This document shows, in pieces, positions 48,031 through 57,408 of a stretch of 64,000 nt of DNA. Position numbers and translations under genes: made by a program. The notes below the pieces were generated by a model. It was not told the DNA's origin. It was given only the letters and a program-made list of their open reading frames with translations, and made no database searches. Origin of the DNA: Acidobacteriota bacterium (lineage in GTDB: Bacteria; Acidobacteriota; UBA890; WLXD01); contig WLXD01000003.1 in assembly GCA_012103255.1 (NCBI GenBank), positions 141,984-205,983 on the forward strand, in the 5' to 3' direction. Numbering within the stretch: position 1 is the stretch's first letter; every line of letters starts with the position of its first letter.

Positions 48031-49251
48031 ATGGCGATCGCCAGCGACAGAGTTGAATTCGCGGGCTCCCAGGGCACGCTGGCTGGGCGGCTCGACATCC
48101 CCTGTGCAGAGCCGCGCGCCGTTGCGCTCTTTGCGCATTGCTTCACCTGCAACAAGGACATCTGGGCGGCGAAACGGATCGCCGCGGGCCTTGCGGATCT
48201 CGGGATCGCCGTACTCCGATTCGACTTCACTGGGCTCGGCAGCAGCGATGGCGAATTCGCGAGCACCAACTTCTCTTCAAACGTCGAAGACCTTGTACTC
48301 GCGGCGGAGTTCCTACGGGCCAGGCATCAGGCCCCCGCACTGCTGATTGGCCATAGTCTCGGCGGTGCCGCAGCACTCACGGCGGCGCGGGATATCCCGG
48401 AGTGCGAAGCGGTCGCCACCATCGGGGCCCCAGCCGAGGCGGCTCACGTCCGACACCTCGTTGACGACGCAGCGAGTGAAATCGCGACCGAGGGCGAGGC
48501 GTGCGTGAACATCGGCGGGCGGCCATTCCGAGTCCGACAACAATTTCTGGACGACCTCGAGAATCACTCGCTGGCGTCGAAGCTGTCTGGTCTCGGGCGG
48601 GCCGTGCTCATCTGCCACTCGCCGCAAGACACGGTCGTCGGGATCGACAACGCTCGCGCACTCTTTGAGGCGGCCAGGCATCCCAAGAGTTTCGTGTCGC
48701 TCGATGGGGCGGACCACCTGGTGTCGGAGCCCGCTGACGCGGAGTACGTCGCGTCGGTCATCTCCGCGTGGGCGAGACGCTATCTATCCGGCGTGGAGCC
48801 CGCTGCGCAAGCACCAGACATACCGACCGGCACCGTGCGGGTTTCCGAGACGGGCGCCGGCAAGTTCGCGAATCTTGTGCAAGACGGCCGTCACGCGATT
48901 ATGGCGGACGAGCCGAGCGGCGTCGGCGGTGATGACCTCGGTCCGTCACCCTACGAGCTGCTCGCAGCGAGCCTCGGCGCGTGCACGAGCATGACCCTGC
49001 GAATGTACGCCGACCGCAAGGGCTGGCCCCTCGAGTCGGTCGCGGTCGATGTTCGCCACGACAAGGTCCACGCAGAGGACTGTGCGCAGTGCTCCACGAA
49101 GACCGGTCGCATCGATCGCCTTGCCACGGAGCTTGAACTGTCCGGACCGTTGACCGATGAGCAACTCGACCGGCTGCTCGAGATCGCTCACCGTTGCCCG
49201 GTTCATCGAACGCTCACCGGCGAGATCGATATCCCGGTGAGCCGGCGATAG
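48031..49251 (+). CDS. alpha/beta-hydrolase (BAAT/dienelactone-hydrolase-like) fused to OsmC/Ohr-family domain
   Basis: N-terminal …VALFAHCFTCNKD…IGHSLGGAAAL… (nucleophile elbow GHSLGG). C-terminal …GPSPYELLAASLGACTSMTLRMYADRKGW… is the OsmC-like fold with conserved Cys. Confidence 0.7.
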   Translation: MAIASDRVEFAGSQGTLAGRLDIPCAEPRAVALFAHCFTCNKDIWAAKRIAAGLADLGIAVLRFDFTGLGSSDGEFASTNFSSNVEDLVLAAEFLRARHQAPALLIGHSLGGAAALTAARDIPECEAVATIGAPAEAAHVRHLVDDAASEIATEGEACVNIGGRPFRVRQQFLDDLENHSLASKLSGLGRAVLICHSPQDTVVGIDNARALFEAARHPKSFVSLDGADHLVSEPADAEYVASVISAWARRYLSGVEPAAQAPDIPTGTVRVSETGAGKFANLVQDGRHAIMADEPSGVGGDDLGPSPYELLAASLGACTSMTLRMYADRKGWPLESVAVDVRHDKVHAEDCAQCSTKTGRIDRLATELELSGPLTDEQLDRLLEIAHRCPVHRTLTGEIDIPVSRR

Positions 49252-49278
49252 TTGTCGCGATTGACCTGGCGACGGCGC

Positions 49279-49725
49279 CTAGTCGTCGGCGCCGAGCAGG
49301 CTCCATTCGTAGCTGACGAAGCGTTCGAGATCAACGGTCGCTCCGCCGTCTTCGTAGAGGCAGCGTGCGGGAACGTTGTCGGTCTCTGTTCCTACCCACG
49401 CCTCATGGCACCCTCGTCGCTTCCCTTCATCCAAGGCGCCCGCCAGGACTCGCCTGCCAGTGCCCTGCCGCTGATGCGTCGGCGCCACCCCGACCTCGTT
49501 GATCCACAACGCCGGCGGCTTGTCAGGATAGAAGTACTCGACCGCTGACACCATGCCCACGACCAGCTCATTCGCCAGTGCTACGACGAGGATATGGCGG
49601 CGGTCGCCAAGGAAGCGCACCGCTTGCTCGGCAAGAATCGGGCGATCGAAGACGTCTTCTGCCACGGCGGAAAGAACGTCCTCGTCGCCTGAACCAAGCA
49701 CCCGGATTCTGATGGACTCGCTCAT
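49279..49725 (-). CDS. GNAT-family N-acetyltransferase
   Basis: …INEVGVAPTHQRQGTGRRVLAGAL… is acetyl-CoA-binding motif A (Q/RxxGxG/A). Confidence 0.6.
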   Translation of the reverse strand: MSESIRIRVLGSGDEDVLSAVAEDVFDRPILAEQAVRFLGDRRHILVVALANELVVGMVSAVEYFYPDKPPALWINEVGVAPTHQRQGTGRRVLAGALDEGKRRGCHEAWVGTETDNVPARCLYEDGGATVDLERFVSYEWSLLGADD

Positions 49726-49948
49726 GTCTGCCCCCCTTTCGTGCGTCATGCGATTCAGTACGCCAATCCGTTCTATTCTCGTTCTATCGTTGGCAACCAT
49801 CGGTGCCACGGACGCACACAGTCAAGAGCGCATCGCCGCCGAGCCGATGAGCTACCGAGGCGGCGCCTGGCTGGAGCGGGTTGGACGGCCGGACGAAGAG
49901 CGCCCGCATACAACACCCGCCGCTGCGGGACTGGTATCGCGCCTGCTG

Positions 49949-50998
49949 CTAGGCCGAAGTCAGGCCGTTGGCCTGATCCACCGCATCTTGCGGCGTGAGC
50001 GCATACCCATCGGCGCCGAACACGTTCCATGCCTCTGGAGCATCAGTGAAGCCGGGGCCACCCACGATCACCTTTACATCGGAGCGCTCGCTCGACCTGA
50101 GCGCCGAGATCGTCAGCGCCACGCGGTTGAGCTGGGTCACGATCGACGCGGACAGCGCCACGACATCGGCGTTGTGACTGACCACCGCTTCGGCAACCGC
50201 GTCGGCGGGCGTGTCAGCACCAAGGAAAACCGTGCGCCAACCGCGGGTTCGGAAGAAGTCAGCCACGAAGCGGGCGCCAAGATCGTGCGCGTTGGTCTCG
50301 ACTGCGGCCACAATGATGGTCTTCCCGGTCGGGTCCTGTTTCTCCATCTGCCGGGCAAGTAGAGCACTCGCTCGCGCCGTGGTCTGGGTAACGACGTGCT
50401 CATCAGCAACCGACGCCTCATCGAGGAACCACATCCGGCCGATCTCGCGCTGCGCCGGAATCAGGATCTCGACGTAGGCGCGTTCCGGGCCACGCTCCGC
50501 CGCGATCTCTTCGACGAACTCCATCGCGTCGTCCTGCCGCCCCTCAAGAGCCAGCGACATGTACTTCAAGACCGGACGGTGTTCATCATTGTCCGGGTCG
50601 AGCGCCGACCGGATCGGGGCCGCCCCCGCCCCCAGGGCATCTCGGGCCGCGCCGAAGTAAGGCTCCAATATCTCGGCTGGCTTAGCCGGCAGACTGTCTC
50701 TGAGGATCTCCTCAAGCGCATCAAGAGCCACCGCCAGATCGTCCGGTCTGAGGCCGCGCACCTGAAAGGCGTGCGCGTTCCACCGCGTCTGCGCCCCAAA
50801 CACCGTGGGAGCCTGTGCATCCAACGCCGCTGCCAGTTCGCGCAGTCTTTGAATCTGATTGTCCTGCCAGCGTCCGTGCGCGCCCGGAGCGAAACGCTCC
50901 TCCAGGGCAGCGTCACGCTCGAGCATCAAACTGGCGGCGTGGCCCGCGAAGTTGGTCTCGCCTTGCCGGATCAGGGCCGAGTAGAACGCTTCGTTCAC
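49949..50998 (-). CDS. cobalamin (B12)-binding domain protein: N-terminal unknown region + B12-binding_2 helical bundle + B12-binding Rossmann domain, no DNA-binding domain
   Basis: …IGRMWFLDEASVADEHVVTQ… is the CarH/MerR-B12-like W-x9-EH motif. …IIVAAVETNAHDLGARFVADFFRTRGW… is the DxHxxG His-on motif. Starts with GTG overlapping the upstream TGA (GTGA). Confidence 0.7.
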   Translation of the reverse strand: MNEAFYSALIRQGETNFAGHAASLMLERDAALEERFAPGAHGRWQDNQIQRLRELAAALDAQAPTVFGAQTRWNAHAFQVRGLRPDDLAVALDALEEILRDSLPAKPAEILEPYFGAARDALGAGAAPIRSALDPDNDEHRPVLKYMSLALEGRQDDAMEFVEEIAAERGPERAYVEILIPAQREIGRMWFLDEASVADEHVVTQTTARASALLARQMEKQDPTGKTIIVAAVETNAHDLGARFVADFFRTRGWRTVFLGADTPADAVAEAVVSHNADVVALSASIVTQLNRVALTISALRSSERSDVKVIVGGPGFTDAPEAWNVFGADGYALTPQDAVDQANGLTSA

Positions 50999-51861
50999 GG
51001 CGCCACCACGCTGGCGACCAGGTTGATGCGCTCGCGCGATGACACCATTACGCCACCCGGGCGCTCAACCGTGACGGCGAACAGAGTCGCGTCTGTGACT
51101 GGCAATGTCGGCAGGATGGGCACGACGACTTCTCCGTTCTCCAAAATGTCGAAAACGCCACCATCCACAGGGTAGCGCTCGTCCCGTGCCGAGTCGAAGA
51201 TCCAGAGTTGATATTGGAACTCGTTCGCATCATTGGGCACGAGACCGGCGAAGCGCATGAAGCCGCGCTGCTCCGCCGCGCTCCAGACAACGTCGCCCGT
51301 CGCTGCCGACGCAGTCGGGTCGTCCGTCGCAGTCCACTCGATCGTGACCACGTCGGTACCGGCAACGAGCAGGGCCTCCCGGGCATCGAAAGGAGATAGC
51401 TCAGCAGCGGCCGGGGTCGGTCCGTTCAACTCGCTGCTGGTATCAGGAGAGACAGCTCCGCGAAAGGCCGGGAACCATCCCAGCGCCGCAACGAGCAGCG
51501 CCATCGCCGCCACCGCCCAGGCAGGTGCGGACCCCCGCCGTTCGGGGAACGCGACGAGGTTGTGGTTCCGTTCGACGCCTTCATCTACCGACTGCTGTGG
51601 TTCACCCGCCGGCTCCGGCTGTCGTTCGCACCACTCGTCGCCGGCAATTCTCAACTGCCGTTGGAGCGTCTCTGGCATCTGCGAGGTGCCCCGATCGAGG
51701 GCGAGCATCAACGCCGCAGCGGCCCGATCGAAGCCGTCATGCTCCGCAGATGGCTCCGCGGCAAGCAGGGACTCAAGACGTTCCGACTCCGACGCACTCA
51801 AGCCGCAGGCAGCACGGAGGGCCAGCAGCGTATCGAGTTCCGAGTGCAGGTGAGCGTTCAT
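50995..51861 (-). CDS. anti-sigma factor (RskA/anti-sigma-K-like)
   Basis: The N-terminal helical anti-sigma region (…DTLLALRAACGLSASESERLESLLAAEPS…) and TM segment (WAVAAMALLVAALGWF) are assigned by position and hydrophobicity (inference). The C-terminal domain matches the RskA family (…ALLVAGTDVVTIEWTA…, …FAVTVERPGG…). Its ATG overlaps the sigma-factor TGA (ATGA). Confidence 0.65.
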   Translation of the reverse strand: MNAHLHSELDTLLALRAACGLSASESERLESLLAAEPSAEHDGFDRAAAALMLALDRGTSQMPETLQRQLRIAGDEWCERQPEPAGEPQQSVDEGVERNHNLVAFPERRGSAPAWAVAAMALLVAALGWFPAFRGAVSPDTSSELNGPTPAAAELSPFDAREALLVAGTDVVTIEWTATDDPTASAATGDVVWSAAEQRGFMRFAGLVPNDANEFQYQLWIFDSARDERYPVDGGVFDILENGEVVVPILPTLPVTDATLFAVTVERPGGVMVSSRERINLVASVVAP

Positions 51862-52451
51862 GCCTCACCTCCTGTCGACTGCTCGGTCTCGAGTCTTTGC
51901 CGCACGTACGCAAGGCCACGCGTGATGTGCGACTTCACGGTGCCCAATGGCATCTCGAGAGTGTTCGAGATCTCCTGGTGCGTTAGCCCCTTGTAGACGG
52001 AGAGTTCGAGAACTCGTCGCCGTTCGGGCGGAAGCTCCGCGAAGCTCTCTGCGGCGAGGCGCGCCTCGGCCCCGCGCTCGATGCTGATGTGCTCGTCGGA
52101 TGGAGGCTCAGGCCCCTCGTCGTCGATCGTGTCCAGGTCTAGCCGGCGGCCCCTGCGCCGTAGTCGATCAATCACGCGACGTCGCGCCACCATGGCCACA
52201 AAAGACTGTTCGGACGACTTCGAGCCATCAAAACGACCCGCCGACTTCCACAGTTCGATGAACACCTCTTGTACGGCGTCCTCGGTCTCGGCGGCGTTCC
52301 CCAGATATCGCCTTGCAAGCGACCAGACGAGCCCTCCGTACTGCTGCAGGCATGCCTGCACAGCGGCGGGGTCTCCGTTCGCGATACGCGTAAGCAGCGA
52401 CTCTGTTGACACGTCGTCCACTCGGGGTTGCACGTCGGCTGGCCGCGGCAT
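51858..52451 (-). CDS. ECF (sigma-70 family, group IV) RNA polymerase sigma factor
   Basis: Region 2 (…AVQEVFIELWKSAGRFD…) and region 4 (…LELSVYKGLTHQEISNTLEMPLGTVKSHITRGLAYVRQRL…). The start is taken at ATG 52451 (MPRPADV…); the longer ORF to 52610 looks non-proteinaceous. Confidence 0.8.
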   Translation of the reverse strand: MPRPADVQPRVDDVSTESLLTRIANGDPAAVQACLQQYGGLVWSLARRYLGNAAETEDAVQEVFIELWKSAGRFDGSKSSEQSFVAMVARRRVIDRLRRRGRRLDLDTIDDEGPEPPSDEHISIERGAEARLAAESFAELPPERRRVLELSVYKGLTHQEISNTLEMPLGTVKSHITRGLAYVRQRLETEQSTGGEA

Positions 52452-52648
52452 GGTAACCGGCCGTGACGCTGGCGTAGTTCCAACGCCCAGTGCCGTCACG
52501 GAGTCGAGGTTGCCTGCCGATCGCTTCACGCGGAACTCCTCGAATTGCTCGATTCGCCGGAAACCATGCCTTTCACCGAGTATTCGTAGCCCCCGCGTGC
52601 CCGGATGCACGCTAATTCGGCGCTTGGCGCCACGCTACACTTGCGCCA

Positions 52649-53341
52649 ATGGATACCGCCGAGATCACCGTGAGTGAACCGTTGTCCGGTTCGCACGAAC
52701 TGAAGTTCGAGCTGAAAGCGCAACGCGCCGCTCCTGCGCGCGCGTTCCTCGACGCAACCTTTCGGCCCGATCCGGACTTCCCGGCCGGGCACGTTTCGAC
52801 GATTTACTTCGACACCCCCAACTTGCGGTTCCTGCGCGAGAAGGCCAACTCCGATCACCTCAAGTCAAAGGCACGCCTGCGCTGGTATGACGACGCCGCC
52901 AGCGGGCCGCTTTTCGCCGAGATCAAGAAGAAGGCAGGCGGGCGGAGGCTCAAGCAGCGAGCCCGCGTAATCGCACGTGCTGCCGACCTCGTCTCGGCGC
53001 CGCTCGAATCCGGTGCCTACCGTAGTGTCATCGAGGAACTGGTGGCGCTGGCCGCGATCCCGACCGGCGTGAGCCCGATATTGCAAATCAACTACGGCCG
53101 CAGACGCTACGTAGACACCACCACCGGCTCGCGGATCTCCCTCGACACACAGATCCGGGTCACCAGGATCAACACGCGCCTGCTGTCACGATTCGACCCG
53201 CTCCCGCTCCGGTCCGCGGTACTCGAGGTGAAGGGCCCCGAGGCGGAACCGTTGCGCCGGCTGGGCCCGCTCGTTTCGTTCGGGTGCCACCGAGCAGCGT
53301 TTTCGAAGTATCTTCGCTGCTACGAGAAAGCTTGCGCATGA
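52649..53341 (+). CDS. VTC-domain (CYTH-like/polyphosphate-polymerase-like) protein
   Basis: …HELKFELKA…FRPDPDFPAGHVSTIYFDTPNLRFLREK…LKSKARLRWYDD… matches the conserved N-terminal pattern of bacterial VTC-domain proteins (ExK, YFDT). Confidence 0.6.
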   Translation: MDTAEITVSEPLSGSHELKFELKAQRAAPARAFLDATFRPDPDFPAGHVSTIYFDTPNLRFLREKANSDHLKSKARLRWYDDAASGPLFAEIKKKAGGRRLKQRARVIARAADLVSAPLESGAYRSVIEELVALAAIPTGVSPILQINYGRRRYVDTTTGSRISLDTQIRVTRINTRLLSRFDPLPLRSAVLEVKGPEAEPLRRLGPLVSFGCHRAAFSKYLRCYEKACA

Positions 53342-53403
53342 ACACGGCCGGTAGACGCCGGCAAAAGTAGACACCCCCTGTAGCGATCCCCAGTCGCCGA
53401 AAA

Positions 53404-54105
53404 ATGATCGAACAACTCTGGGACGGCCTGCAGGGCTTCGGCTCCGGGGACATGGCCAGTCTTGGGCGAGGTGCGCTCTTGCTCGGGCTTGGCGTCTCCC
53501 TCGCCGCATCGCTGTTCGTTGCGTATCTGTACCAGGTGTTCTACCGCGCCCGCGCAACGGGCTCACAGGTGCATCACGCGTTTCCCCTGATGGGGCTCGC
53601 CATCACCGCGATTTTCATCAGCGTGCAGTTTTCGCTACCGCTGTCGCTCGGCCTACTCGGCGCCTTGTCGATTGTGCGATTCAGGACACCGATCAAAGAA
53701 CCCGAGGAGATCGGCTTCATCCTGCTCGTCATCGCGACATCGTTAACGGCGGCCACGTTCAACCTGGGCTTCCTGGCGCTGTTGCTCGGCGTAGCCGTGG
53801 CAGCACTTCTCGTCATGCGGATGGACCCGAGCTTCCTCTCGCGGCGCAAGGCCGACGGCATGTTCATGGCGACTCTGCCGGCGGGCGCCGATCCGGACGC
53901 GCTGGACAAGGTCGTGGGCGCTCTGAAGGCTGCCGCCGGGCACGGAACCATCGACAGCATTACCGAGAGCGAGGACGAAGTTGCCGTGGCATTTCGAATC
54001 GCCCGAATGAAGGCCAACGACACGCCTGAACTGATCCGGAGCGTGAAGGAGGCCGCCCCCGGGGTCCGCACCAGTGTCTTCTTCTACCGTGCCGGCGACG
54101 TCTAG
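53404..54105 (+). CDS. DUF4956-family membrane protein
   Basis: Three TM helices then a soluble C-terminal domain. …ALSIVRFRTPIKEPEEIGFILLVIATSL… is characteristic of the family that co-occurs with VTC proteins. Confidence 0.55.
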   Translation: MIEQLWDGLQGFGSGDMASLGRGALLLGLGVSLAASLFVAYLYQVFYRARATGSQVHHAFPLMGLAITAIFISVQFSLPLSLGLLGALSIVRFRTPIKEPEEIGFILLVIATSLTAATFNLGFLALLLGVAVAALLVMRMDPSFLSRRKADGMFMATLPAGADPDALDKVVGALKAAAGHGTIDSITESEDEVAVAFRIARMKANDTPELIRSVKEAAPGVRTSVFFYRAGDV

Positions 54106-54113
54106 CGGCGACG

Positions 54114-55847
54114 ATGTGGACGCGGCGTAACGACAGCAAGGGCAGTCCGGTTGCCATGTGTGCCGGCCTGGCGGCGCTCACGGCCGTCTTGTTTTGGTTT
54201 GATAGCCGCCCCATCGCAGCCAACGCCCGCGAGCAACTGCAGGTTCGGACCGCGCCCACTCAAGCGTTCGGGTCTGGCGCCACGGTGAGTGCTCTGCGCC
54301 AGCTCGGCCGGATTCATCCTCACCCGTTTGATCTCTCCGTTGACGTGAATTCGCTGGCAGCGGCTGGCCCCGATGGGAGGCGTCAGGTCGAGGCCTACGC
54401 CCTGGACCCGGAGGTGCCGGCAGAGCTGCCGAGCAGTGCGTCGCTGCCTGCCGACGTGTGGACCAACGCAGAAGTTGATGTTCTATCGCTCACGCTGCGC
54501 GACCGAGCAGCCGCCGCCCTCCTCGCCGAACCGGATCAACGCGGACTGGCATCTGAGCGCCCTGGCTACGTGACCCTGGTTCGCGGTGGCCGGATAGCCT
54601 TCGCGACCGGCGTCGGCGTTCGGATTCACGGAGGCACGAGCCGAGTACGCTCCGAAAACAAGAGCTTCCGGATCTACTTCCGGGAAATCTACGGAGAAGA
54701 TGGGATGCCCGCGGAGTTGGTGTTCGACGACGGGCCCCGCGATCCTCTCCGCGAGATCATCGCCCACAACGATGTGCGCACCGATCCGACCGGACAGGCC
54801 TACCGCTTCGTCAACGCCATGGCATACGCCGTCGCCGAACGCCTCGGGAGTCTCGTGCCGCGACTCCGCCCCGTCCGTTTCTTCCTGAACGGTGAATTCA
54901 AAGGTGTCTATTTCGTCACCGAGCGCCTCGGGCCCGACTACCTTGCGGCCCGTTTCAGCCACGCCAACTTCACGGCCGCCAGAACTCGCCGCGACAACTT
55001 CTCAGGATGGTTCGAGGGCGGCGATCGCGATGCCTACGACGCGTTCGTCGGCCAATACGTCACGGATCGGAGTCAGCCCGATTGCACGCTTAACGCGCGC
55101 CGGGCGGAGCGAGATGTCGATCTGGACAACCTGACAAACTGGTTCGTGGGCGTGCTCTTCAACGGAACCACTGACTGGTATCAAGGGTTGATCGCGCGCG
55201 ACGAGGCGGCGGAAGGGCCGTGGTTCTGGGTGAACTGGGATCTCGACCACAGCTTCACCACGCGCCGGATCGGCGGCAGCACTCCGTGGGCCCGCGACAT
55301 GTTCCGGCTCGTCCTCAACCGCGGTATCCGGCCGCGTTCGGTAATCCTGTCGCGCCTGATCAACGGCGATCCGGAATACCGTGAGCGGCTCGCCCGGCGC
55401 CTGGTTGATGCGCTCAACCACGAACTCACGGAAGAGTTCCTACGGGATCTCGTCGGGCAATACCGTCGCATCGCTGACACCTACGGAATCGAGGATCAGG
55501 TCTTTCTCGATCGAATCGAGACCTTCTTCGAGCACCGCCCGGACGTAATCTTGCGGCAGGCCGCCGAGCATCTGGGCTACGGAGCGCCAGCATCGGTCGT
55601 CGTCAAAATGAGCGACGGTGGCGCCGGGACCGTCGACGGACACGCGTTCGTCGAGCGCGCCGAACTCCGCTACCTGCGGGGCATGCAACTGGAGATCCGT
55701 GTCCCAAGAGCGGCGGGTCGCAGACTGTCCGCGTGGCGCATCGACGGTCGCGAGCAGGCCGCGAGCGGCGCGCGGCTCACTGTCACTGTGGAAGCAGACA
55801 CGACGATCGAGGCGATCCTGGAAGGACGTGACGCGGCGCGGAGATAG
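54114..55847 (+). CDS. CotH-like atypical protein kinase family protein, secreted
   Basis: …VRIHGGTSRVRSENKSFRIYF… (CotH 'rGnsSr…KkSyrikf' block) and …WFWVNWDLDHSF… (CotH D-x-D nucleotide-binding block). N-terminal hydrophobic anchor. Confidence 0.6.
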   Translation: MWTRRNDSKGSPVAMCAGLAALTAVLFWFDSRPIAANAREQLQVRTAPTQAFGSGATVSALRQLGRIHPHPFDLSVDVNSLAAAGPDGRRQVEAYALDPEVPAELPSSASLPADVWTNAEVDVLSLTLRDRAAAALLAEPDQRGLASERPGYVTLVRGGRIAFATGVGVRIHGGTSRVRSENKSFRIYFREIYGEDGMPAELVFDDGPRDPLREIIAHNDVRTDPTGQAYRFVNAMAYAVAERLGSLVPRLRPVRFFLNGEFKGVYFVTERLGPDYLAARFSHANFTAARTRRDNFSGWFEGGDRDAYDAFVGQYVTDRSQPDCTLNARRAERDVDLDNLTNWFVGVLFNGTTDWYQGLIARDEAAEGPWFWVNWDLDHSFTTRRIGGSTPWARDMFRLVLNRGIRPRSVILSRLINGDPEYRERLARRLVDALNHELTEEFLRDLVGQYRRIADTYGIEDQVFLDRIETFFEHRPDVILRQAAEHLGYGAPASVVVKMSDGGAGTVDGHAFVERAELRYLRGMQLEIRVPRAAGRRLSAWRIDGREQAASGARLTVTVEADTTIEAILEGRDAARR

Positions 55848-55855
55848 CTCAGCGA

Positions 55856-56104
55856 CTAGCCGTGTCTATCGTGGCTTTCCTCATAGCGCCGTCGCTCATG
55901 GGTTCGATCGCTCGCAAGGGAACGATCTCGGGCCTTGGCGGATCGCATCGCCTTCCCGTGGCTCGCCGAGGAATGCACGGACGGCGTCGACAACTGTCGT
56001 TCGAGCTTTGTCGAACCGCACTCAGGACACTCGGCCGGAGTCCCGGGCATCACCAGTGCCTCGAAGTCATGGCCACACGCGCAGACATAGTCATGGATCG
56101 GCAT
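55856..56104 (-). CDS. FmdB-family zinc-ribbon protein
   Basis: MPIHDYVCACGHDFEAL…CPECGS…: CxxC…CxxC ribbon with the typical N-terminal M-P-x-Y-x-Y-x-C. Confidence 0.6.
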   Translation of the reverse strand: MPIHDYVCACGHDFEALVMPGTPAECPECGSTKLERQLSTPSVHSSASHGKAMRSAKARDRSLASDRTHERRRYEESHDRHG

Positions 56105-56225
56105 GCGGTGAGCCTAGATTGGTCGTACTACAGTGTCCAACGGTGTTGGCAGTCGGCGTGACGAGGTCGACTCATTCAAACTACGATCTGGGCTGGAACG
56201 CCGTCCCCACCAGGAGACCACCGCG

Positions 56226-56885
<660 letters not shown>

Positions 56886-56910
56886 CTCCTAGACATCGGC
56901 ACCTAGTCTC

Positions 56911-56951
56911 TGCGGGCGCGACCACCTGATGTCGCGCCCGCGGTGCGTTTG
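56911..56951 (+). terminator. putative intrinsic terminator after peroxiredoxin gene
   Basis: 11-bp perfect stem gcgggcgcgac / gtcgcgcccgc with an 8-nt loop, followed by a weak U-tract (ggtgcgtttgg). Confidence 0.4.
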
Positions 56952-56988
56952 GCTCCAGGGCGCCTCCCGGCAAGGGCGACTTGCATCC

Positions 56989-57028
56989 GAACTATTCGCA
57001 GTTCTACTATTCCCGAATAGCGAATAGT
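56989..57028. promoter_or_regulatory. nested palindromic operator (half-site CTATTCG/CGAATAG x4) upstream of padR
   Basis: Read directly: aACTATTCGCagttctaCTATTCccGAATAGcGAATAGTc. An outer 9-bp inverted repeat contains an inner CTATTC-CC-GAATAG palindrome, 24-60 nt upstream of the start at 57052. Confidence 0.5.
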
Positions 57029-57051
57029 CATCCCCAGATCGACTCTCTGCG

Positions 57052-57408
57052 ATGGTTGCCTCGGAACAAAGCCAAGCGCCGCTTGGGCCGCATCTTTTTG
57101 AAATCCTCCTCGTTCTCGCGGACGGCAGCGCCCACGGCTATGGCATCGTGGGGGCGATTCGCGAGCGCACTGGCTCGCGTGTGGTTCTCTCCACAAGCAC
57201 GCTCTACCGCGGCATCGAGCGCTTGCTGGCTCGCGGACTCATCGCCGAAGCCGATGGCAACGCCGAAGACTCCTCGGGCGGCCCGCCGCGCAAGTACTAC
57301 CGCCTCACGTCCATCGGCCGGAGCGCTGCTGAACAGGAGGCCCGTCGGCTCCGTGAGGTCGCGGCGGCAGCGGAGGCGCGATTCCTCGCGCCGAGGTCGT
57401 CCCGATGA
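57052..57408 (+). CDS. PadR-family transcriptional regulator
   Basis: …LFEILLVLADGSAHGYGIVGAIRERTGSRVVLSTSTLYRGIERLLARGLI… Overlaps the downstream permease by 4 nt. Confidence 0.75.
   Translation: MVASEQSQAPLGPHLFEILLVLADGSAHGYGIVGAIRERTGSRVVLSTSTLYRGIERLLARGLIAEADGNAEDSSGGPPRKYYRLTSIGRSAAEQEARRLREVAAAAEARFLAPRSSR

Noticed and set aside
52452-52610. N-terminal extension of the ECF sigma ORF to 52610
   Set aside because: The first 53 residues (MHPGTRGLRILGERHGFRRIEQFEEFRVKRS…) precede the conserved region-2 start and look non-proteinaceous. ATG 52451 gives a standard ~197-aa ECF sigma.
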